This document shows, in pieces, positions 8,528-13,274 of a stretch of DNA of 13,274 nucleotides. The position numbers and the translations under genes are program-made. The stretch is from Candidatus Micrarchaeota archaeon. GTDB taxonomy: Archaea > Micrarchaeota > Micrarchaeia > Anstonellales > Bilamarchaeaceae. Location: NCBI GenBank assembly GCA_040754495.1, contig JBFMCO010000059.1, positions 1 to 13,274 of the forward strand, in the 5' to 3' direction. Every line of letters starts with the position of its first letter. Position 1 is the first letter of the stretch. Below the pieces are notes generated by a model, which was given only the letters and a program-made list of their open reading frames with translations, was not told the origin of the DNA and made no database searches.

Positions 8528-8710
8528 GGGGAAATGAGCTAACCTGGTATGCTGTCAGCTTTGGGTCGCACCTTTTTTGGAAAAAGGTGCGTCCAAAAAC
8601 CGGCTGTTGAGAAACCCTTCCGGGTTTTTTTAGCAAGACGGTTTTGGGCCGCCTTTTCCTAAAAGGCGGAAAAAAAGCTGGTTGTCTGAGTTCAAATCTC
8701 AGTTTCCCCA
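8528..8710 (+). tRNA. tRNA-Pro(UGG), split by a 110-nt intron at 37/38; exons 8528-8565 and 8676-8710; CCA not encoded
   Basis: Acceptor GGGGAAA/TTTCCCC + A73. D-arm AGC-TAACCTGGTAT-GCT. Anticodon stem TCAGC/GCTGG with loop TT-TGG-G|A. T-arm CTGAG-TTCAAAT-CTCAG. Mature length 73 nt. Confidence 0.93.
8566..8675 (+). other. tRNA-Pro intron (110 nt) made of three hairpins
   Basis: H1 CGCACCTTTTT-TGG-AAAAAGGTGCG (8567-8591). H2 long imperfect stem 8593-8647 with CCC-TTCC-GGG apex. H3 CCGCCTTTT-CCT-AAAAGGCGG (8649-8669). Confidence 0.9.
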
Positions 8711-8773
8711 TTGCCGGGCCTACTTCTGCTAATCTTCGGCGGCCCAGGCTATGCCCCGCCTGAGGTCCCCCCG

Positions 8774-9451
8774 TCATCCCCCGTTGGGCCAAACCATCCT
8801 GCCCTTGTGGAAAATGCGCCCGCTCCCATGGCCTGGAGTGCCGAGCGTTTCGATGCCGCCATCAACATGCACCTCGCCGCCAATGATGCCCCATGCCGCC
8901 TGCCGCCCCGCGTCCCCGTTGAGTACGAGGACGCCCCCCTCCATCCTGCAGGCGAGGAAATCCCCGGCGCAGCCGTCTATTTTCAGCGAGCCCTCGAGCA
9001 TCTCGTAGCCTGCACCGGCGCCGGCATCGCCCTTCACGGAGAGCGCCCGCATGTTGCGGTAGCCGAGCATCGAAACCTTCCACTCAAGATGGTCTAGGCA
9101 CAATGCGTAGTCGCTGCCAGAGCCGTTGTTCACGAGCGCGCTGACAAAGAGGCCGGCCCTGCGGCGAATCTCGCCACCCGACCCCAGCGCAGGAAGGCCT
9201 TCCAGCACGAACCGCGCGACATCGTCCGGCGACCACCTGAGGCCTTCAAGCGACACGAGCATCGAATCGTAAATCTCCTCGTATCTTGTGTTTCCCAGGA
9301 AAAGGGGCACCGATGAAAATACGTCCACGAGCTCGCCGAGCCTTTCGTTGGTCTTCCCCTCCGCGCTCCTTGCCGCCTGCTCCTTCATGGGCCGATAGCC
9401 CCTGAACCTTCCTGATGAATGCAGCACTGCATCTGCCGGGCGGAGAATCAT
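8774..9451 (-). CDS. Hypothetical protein with C-terminal GltB/FmdC/FwdC-like GXGXG beta-helix (225 aa)
   Basis: Repeats LSVKGDAGAGAGYEMLEG / LKIDGCAGDFLACRMEGG / LVLNGDAGRQAAWGIIGG. ATG 9451 has TTTAAAA 24-30 nt upstream. The track's 10066 start overlaps the opposite-strand gene and is spurious. Confidence 0.8.
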   Translation of the reverse strand: MILRPADAVLHSSGRFRGYRPMKEQAARSAEGKTNERLGELVDVFSSVPLFLGNTRYEEIYDSMLVSLEGLRWSPDDVARFVLEGLPALGSGGEIRRRAGLFVSALVNNGSGSDYALCLDHLEWKVSMLGYRNMRALSVKGDAGAGAGYEMLEGSLKIDGCAGDFLACRMEGGVLVLNGDAGRQAAWGIIGGEVHVDGGIETLGTPGHGSGRIFHKGRMVWPNGG

Positions 9452-9474
9452 GGCTTTATCCGTGTTTGACTCCG

Positions 9475-9565
9475 TTTTAAAGTGTTTGCATGCGCTTTGA
9501 CGCGCGGATGTGCAAAGCGCCAAAAAACCGGTTTTTCCGGTGAAAAACGGCGAACCATTTATATA
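9475..9565. promoter_or_regulatory. Divergent promoter region: TATA boxes at 9475-9481 (-) and 9558-9565 (+), flanking palindromes
   Basis: TTTAAAA (-) and TTTATATA (+) at canonical spacing from ATG 9451 and ATG 9587. Inverted repeats lie between them. Confidence 0.55.
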
Positions 9566-9586
9566 GTTATCGGCGAAAAACTCCTC

Positions 9587-10747
9587 ATGGCAACCAGAAA
9601 GATACGACTCCCCAGCATAGAGATTACACCAGAGATAGACGAGCGAGCCAAAAGGCCCCAGCGGAAGAAGTCGCTGAGCGTCCACCACAAGACGCCCGAC
9701 CGCTTCAGCTTCTCGCATCTCGCGAGAATCCTGACTAGCGGCGAGCGCCTCGCGATGCTGAACGCGGTGGACCGGCTCAAGGGCCGCGCCCGCGTGCTTG
9801 TGGAACTCGCGCTGTTCTCCAACTTCCAGTTCGTGAGGCTGGCCGCCGTGGAGCACCTCCATGTTGACCTGGAGGCGCTGCTTGATATTGCGAAATACTG
9901 CCATTACGAGGACACGAGGGCCTCCGCGCTGGACGAGCTTTCCGTCAACCCGGAAGCGCTCGTCGAAGTCGCCTGCTCCTCGCTCTTTGGCAGCACGAGG
10001 CTCGATGCGGTGGCCCTGCTCTCTGATGCGGATGCCCTTGCAAAGGTCGCATCGCGCTCCCCGCACAAGGATTCCCGCGAGTCGGCGCTCGAGCGCATCT
10101 CGGACAATCCCGGCGCGCTGAGGAGGGTGGCCGAGGAGTCTTCTTACCGGAGCGTGCGCATGAGCGCAATCAGCGGCCTGTCATCCCACGTGGAGTCGCT
10201 GTGCTCCCTCGTCCTCTCGAAGCACGCTGAAGTGAAGAGGATGGCGGCGGCGAAGCTTTCGGCCTACGTAGAGGAACTGAGCGACCCGGACGCGCTGATA
10301 GAGATAGCCAAGGTATCGCCCAGCGAGGACGCGAGGTACATCGCGGTCGGAAGGCTCTCGAACGACCCGCTGTCGCTACGCTCCATAATCTCAGACTCCA
10401 GCCACAACGACGCCCGGACGACCGCGCTCATGCTGCTCTCGGACATGGTGTCCGACCTCGACGACCCGGAAATCCTCTCGGACGTGGCCATGCTCTCCCC
10501 CTACCCGGACTGCAGGACGGCTGCGGTGGAGCGCCTGGTCGGCCAGAGCAACGCGCTGCTATCGGTCGCCAACAAGTCCCGCTTCAAGGACGCGCGGGAG
10601 CTTGCGCTCAGCAAGCTGAGGGACGACGTCGAAGCATTGAAGAGCGTCTCGAAGCTCTCCAAATACAGCGACACCCGCAGGAAAGCCCACAGCCTGGTGT
10701 CCAAGCCGGAAGTCTTCGAGTCGGAGCTGTCCAGGATTCTCGGTTAG
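9587..10747 (+). CDS. HEAT-like alpha-solenoid repeat protein (386 aa, ~11-12 repeats of ~27 aa)
   Basis: Repeats such as SPHKDSRESALERISDNPGALRRVAEE, SPYPDCRTAAVERLVGQSNALLSVANK and SRFKDARELALSKLRDDVEALKSVSKL. ATG at 9587. Confidence 0.85.
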   Translation: MATRKIRLPSIEITPEIDERAKRPQRKKSLSVHHKTPDRFSFSHLARILTSGERLAMLNAVDRLKGRARVLVELALFSNFQFVRLAAVEHLHVDLEALLDIAKYCHYEDTRASALDELSVNPEALVEVACSSLFGSTRLDAVALLSDADALAKVASRSPHKDSRESALERISDNPGALRRVAEESSYRSVRMSAISGLSSHVESLCSLVLSKHAEVKRMAAAKLSAYVEELSDPDALIEIAKVSPSEDARYIAVGRLSNDPLSLRSIISDSSHNDARTTALMLLSDMVSDLDDPEILSDVAMLSPYPDCRTAAVERLVGQSNALLSVANKSRFKDARELALSKLRDDVEALKSVSKLSKYSDTRRKAHSLVSKPEVFESELSRILG

Positions 10748-10773
10748 GCTCTTGGCGGGCCGGCTGCGCATGC

Positions 10774-10838
10774 GGGTTTCCGGTTCCGGGTTTCCAGTTT
10801 CGAGTTTGCCAGAACCCTAAACCGAGAACCCAAAACCA
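10774..10838. repeat. Degenerate 7-mer tandem repeats in inverted arrangement
   Basis: GGGTTTC CGGTTC C GGGTTTC CAGTTTC GAGTTTG, then CC, then AGAACCC TAAACCG AGAACCC AAAACCA. Confidence 0.7.
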
Positions 10839-10876
10839 CCTTAGCCTTTATTAACCTCAGATGCGTATGGCCCTGC

Positions 10877-11137
10877 ATGGGAGAGGATGAGAAGACCAGG
10901 CTTTCCATTCTGGCCAAGCTCAGCAATCTTTCCGTGAAATTCGGCAAAAGGAAGGCGCGCGACTCAGGGAGAAAAAAATGGCTTGAGGTGAGGCGCGACC
11001 TGGAAGCGCTCTGCGGGGCCGCCCGCGAGGACGACCTGGAGCGCATGCTCAAAGCAATGGAAAGCGAGATATCAGCGCGCGAAGGCGCACCGCAGCCATC
11101 AGGCGAGATGACCATGGTGAAGCGCAGGCGCTCCTGA
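10877..11137 (+). CDS. Small helical hypothetical protein (86 aa)
   Basis: GC3-rich codon usage like neighbouring genes. TTTATTAA at 10847-10854 upstream. Fills the gap between two genes. Confidence 0.7.
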   Translation: MGEDEKTRLSILAKLSNLSVKFGKRKARDSGRKKWLEVRRDLEALCGAAREDDLERMLKAMESEISAREGAPQPSGEMTMVKRRRS

Positions 11138-11172
11138 AGGAAATTTAAACTCGTTTATACAAATTATACAAC

Positions 11173-11844
11173 ATGCCCCGGAAAAGAAGCGGCAGCTTCA
11201 GGGTGCGGCCTGCAACCGACCCCGCCCTGCCCCGCACCGTTCCGCCCCCGACGCTCTCGGATGTCATGCCCCGGGCCGAGCCCTTGCGGTCCAATGTCCC
11301 GCTTCGGCTCAGGCTGGCAAGCCAGGACGCCGGAGAGCGTGCCGTGGCTGCATGGGAATCCAAGCTCATCTCCGAGGCAGGAGACATCGGGGATATCCTC
11401 CAGGCCCTGCCATCAGCGATGCGCCTCGCGCTGAAGCCCGAATCCGGCACGGCAGCGAAGGTGTATCTGGCCGAGGCCCTGATGAATTCCGCCAAATCCG
11501 GCGCTGATATAGAGCCGGCACTGGCCGTCGTCCCGCTGTGCATCGAGGACAACAGCCTGCAGCTCCGCAACCGCATCCTCCTCGCGCTGGGGCATTATTG
11601 CGACAGGGGAGGGGACATCTCAGAATACGTCGGGCTGCTCCTGCAGCGCCTCGTGAGCGACATCGCCCCCATGAACCAGGAGGCGGCACTCAGTGCGCTG
11701 AAGTCGTTCGTTTCGCAGGGGCCGCTGAAGGCGCACCAGGTGCATCTGGCATTGGGCGAGGAAAAGCAGTACGAGAATCCCGACGTGCAGGAGCGCGTCC
11801 AGGAGCTGAAGGACGCGTGCATGGCGGCGCTCGGGAAGCGCTGA
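11173..11844 (+). CDS. Hypothetical protein with ARM/HEAT-like helical region and Pro-rich N-terminus (223 aa)
   Basis: Helical pairs such as LRNRILLALGHYCD and NQEAALSALKSF. TTTAAA at 11144-11149 upstream. Confidence 0.75.
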   Translation: MPRKRSGSFRVRPATDPALPRTVPPPTLSDVMPRAEPLRSNVPLRLRLASQDAGERAVAAWESKLISEAGDIGDILQALPSAMRLALKPESGTAAKVYLAEALMNSAKSGADIEPALAVVPLCIEDNSLQLRNRILLALGHYCDRGGDISEYVGLLLQRLVSDIAPMNQEAALSALKSFVSQGPLKAHQVHLALGEEKQYENPDVQERVQELKDACMAALGKR

Positions 11845-11893
11845 GCGCCGGACACAGGAAACTGAAGACCACCGAAGAAAGTTATTGCTGAAG

Positions 11894-11900
11894 AAAAAAA
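11894..11900 (-). terminator. Oligo-U terminator of tRNA-Thr
   Basis: T7 run on the - strand starting 6 nt downstream of the discriminator base (11906). Confidence 0.55.
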
Positions 11901-11941
11901 TAGTTAGCCCCCGGAGGGATTTGAACCCCCGACTTCCTCCT

Positions 11942-12126
11942 TTCCCGCTTCCCTATGGAACGACGCATCGTTCCATGGGCGGAGGGAACGAAGTTCCCTA
12001 CCGTTAGGAAAAGCGGGGCCAAAACGGGCTTGCTAATTTTGCCCTTGCGGGCAAAATGGTTTTCACCGAAAAACCCGGAAGGGTTTTTCAACAGCCGGTT
12101 TTGATCCAACTTTTCCTAAAAGTTGG
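11942..12126 (-). other. tRNA-Thr canonical 37/38 intron (185 nt), multi-hairpin, homologous to the tRNA-Pro intron
   Basis: C32-U33-C34-G35 pair with the intron's 3' GGGC to give a 4-bp BHB central helix; the 3' bulge is A-A|A38. Shares 34-nt and 33-nt blocks with 8596-8662. Confidence 0.9.
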
Positions 12127-12147
12127 TACGAGAGAGGCGCTCTGCCA

Positions 12148-12192
12148 TTGCGCGCCTTGGCGTGCAAAACTTGAACGAGCACGTTCAAGGCT
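12148..12192 (-). other. tRNA-Thr non-canonical D-loop intron (~45 nt, probably position 15/16)
   Basis: Extra sequence between AG(14-15) and TGGCA. Removal restores GCTC-AGTGGCA-GAGC. Contains hairpin CTTGAACG-TGCT-CGTTCAAG. Exact boundaries uncertain by 1-3 nt. Confidence 0.8.
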
Positions 12193-12233
12193 CTGAGCTA
12201 CGGAGGCGGGTAGACTGGATATGCCCCCTCGCT

Positions 12234-12241
12234 GTTAAAAA
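12234..12241 (-). promoter_or_regulatory. TATA box of tRNA-Thr
   Basis: AGAAATC-TTTTTAAC on the - strand (BRE + TATA), 27-34 nt upstream of 12207. Confidence 0.6.
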
Positions 12242-12246
12242 GATTT

Positions 12247-13150
12247 CTAATTGCCCCTTGCCGCTTGGGAAAAGAGCAGGTACCTGCGCGGGCCATCAGG
12301 GCTGCCGACAGGATAGGCGACCTTGTTCCTCCCCCCGTCCTTGGCGGCATAAAGCGCGAAATCCACGTCATGGGTGAGCTTGTGCGCGAGGTTCTCTATG
12401 TCCGTGTCGTGGTGCTCCTTCCGGCCGATTATCGCATCGGCGTCGCTGACGCCCACGCTCATGCTTAAGCCCACCTCGCCGGCGCTGGTATCGACCTTCA
12501 CGCCCTCGATTACGGTCCTAAGCCTCTCCGCGATGATTAGCGCCTCGCTGACGTCGGTTTTCGGAAGTATTACGGTCAGTTCCTCGCCGCCCCACCTGAA
12601 GCACTGGTCCATGTCTGCGTTGTGGCCGTTCGACCTCCTCTCCTGGACGTCCCCCTTCCTGATGCTCCTCAGGCTCGTGCTCAGAGCGGCCGCCACTGCC
12701 CGAAGGGCCAGGTCGCCTGCATCATGGCCGTACGTGTCGTTCACCCTCTTGAAGTGGTCCAGATCGAACATGAGCAGCGAGAAATTCGGGCCTCCGGCCA
12801 CGTATTCCGCGACAAGCTTGCTGAGCTGGGCTTCGTACTCCGGCTTCTTGGGAAGCCCGGTAAGCGGGTCGAACCTCGCATCTACGATGCGCGAAAGCAG
12901 CCTCGCGCCGCATGCCACGAGGAGCGCGGCCTTCTGTATCGCCGGCGCGCCGGTCTGCCGTGTCTCCTGCACCATCAGGGACCTGCCCTTGAGCGTCAAT
13001 ACGCCGAGCTTTTTGGATGTCTCCGGACCGTCGTTGCCCCGCTCGGCCATGAAAAGCGGGACCGCGCATACGTGCCTGTCCCCGTTCTTGATGTCCTTCC
13101 GGGAATACTCTGCGTCGCCTGGTATCATGTTGAATCGGTAGAGCACGCTT
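12247..13150 (-). CDS. GGDEF (diguanylate cyclase-like) protein with partial GAF-like N-terminus, probably 5'-interrupted by IS3
   Basis: DPLTGL, LLMFDLDHFKRVNDTYGHDAGD, RWGGEEL, SMSVGV, ALYAAKDGGRN. Upstream VCAVPL...KLGVLTL is GAF-like. The frame runs into the IS end at 13151. First internal ATG at 13128. Confidence 0.88.
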
Positions 13151-13274
13151 TGGACTGCACCCCTAAAAGTGGACAATTAGAAAAGACTCATCCCACTATT
13201 GAAAAGGGGTGCAAAAATGAAATTGAAGCGCAGGTTCACGAGAGAATTCAAGCTGGCAGTAGTACGGGAGCTGC
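13151..13274 (+). mobile_element. IS3-family (IS150-like) insertion sequence, left end, truncated by the window edge
   Basis: 5'-TGGACTGCACCCCTAAAAGTGGACA (13151-13175) matches the TG-starting IS150-group terminal IR pattern. Sequence becomes abruptly AT-richer. An OrfA-type HTH start follows. Confidence 0.85.
13217..13274 (+). CDS. IS3-family transposase OrfA, N-terminal fragment
   Basis: MKLKRRFTREFKLAVVREL matches the RRxF(S/T)xEFKxxxV start of IS3 OrfA HTH proteins. SD AGGGGTG at 13205-13211. Confidence 0.85.
   Translation, partial: MKLKRRFTREFKLAVVREL

Larger units (their letters stand above)
11906..12207 (-). tRNA. tRNA-Thr(CGU) with two introns; exons 12207-12193, 12147-12127, 11941-11906; CCA not encoded
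   Basis: Acceptor GCCTCCG/CGGGGGC + U73. D-stem GCTC/GAGC. Anticodon stem CCTCT/GGAGG with loop CT-CGT-A|A. Variable loop AAGTC. T-arm GGGGG-TTCAAAT-CCCTC. Mature length 72 nt if the D-loop intron is at 15/16. Confidence 0.92.

Noticed and set aside
8566-8675. Introns as C/D or H/ACA guide RNAs (tempting because nop5 is nearby)
   Set aside because: Neither intron has a CUGA D box, a proper RUGAUGA C box or a terminal ACA. The UGUUGA look-alike is paired within H2.
8713-8749. Imperfect GC hairpin GCCGGGCC...GGCCCAGGC downstream of tRNA-Pro
   Set aside because: Large loop, no U-tract and only a short stem in high-GC sequence, so not supportable as a terminator.
8383-8792. ORFs 8383..8610 (+) and 8484..8792 (-)
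   Set aside because: They run through the tRNA-Pro gene and its palindromic intron, and have no protein-like features or RBS.
568-10066. Long N-terminal extensions in the ORF track (starts 568, 1617, 5069, 6984, 9482, 10066)
   Set aside because: They overlap neighbouring genes or promoters. Family motifs and SD/TATA positions support the shorter starts given.
8566-12126. CRISPR array or group I/II intron interpretation of the repeats
   Set aside because: No regularly spaced direct repeats with spacers. The elements are too short and lack group I P-elements or group II domain V, while BHB-type boundaries explain them.
11882-12377. ORFs 11882..12109 (-) and 12123..12377 (+), as possible intron-encoded proteins or homing endonuclease
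   Set aside because: They cross exon boundaries, are too short, and lack LAGLIDADG, HNH or GIY-YIG motifs.
12115-13170. CCTAAAAGT shared between Thr intron H1 (12115-12123) and the IS left end (13162-13170), suggesting an IS-derived MITE
   Set aside because: Only 9 nt, and this part of the IR is generic for IS150-like ends. The introns lack TG...CA termini.
11906-13274. Genomic island integrated at tRNA-Thr carrying GGDEF and IS
   Set aside because: These genes lie on the 5' side of the tRNA. No integrase or duplicated tRNA 3' end (att site) is visible.

Overview
GC-rich archaeal chromosomal segment. Evidence for archaea: Nop5, a KaiC/RAD55-type ATPase, TATA/BRE promoters, GGTGA/GGAGG ribosome-binding sites and bulge-helix-bulge (BHB) tRNA introns. 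The gene set and multi-intron tRNAs suggest DPANN/Micrarchaeota, which is inference only. Protein genes: a 5'-truncated hypothetical, Asp/Glu racemase, hisS, a degenerate HisA-like barrel, a KaiC-like ATPase with its coupled partner, a Nudix-like protein, nop5, a metallophosphoesterase, a GNAT, a zinc-ribbon/TM2 protein, an FwdC/GXGXG-like protein, two alpha-solenoid proteins, a small helical protein, a GGDEF protein, and the left end of an IS3-family element. The ORF track misses two intron-split tRNA genes: tRNA-Pro(UGG) at 8528-8710 (+) with a 110-nt intron, and tRNA-Thr(CGU) at 11906-12207 (-) with a 185-nt anticodon-loop intron plus a ~45-nt D-loop intron. The main observation is that the two 37/38 introns, in unrelated tRNAs, are homologous (33/34-nt and 28/33-nt blocks). 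Both are built from hairpin modules, and the Thr copy carries extra nested hairpins. This looks like a spreading, growing family of structured tRNA-intron elements. Also notable are a catalytically intact-looking GGDEF domain in an archaeal context, cut off upstream by the IS3 element, and a likely ATA start codon.
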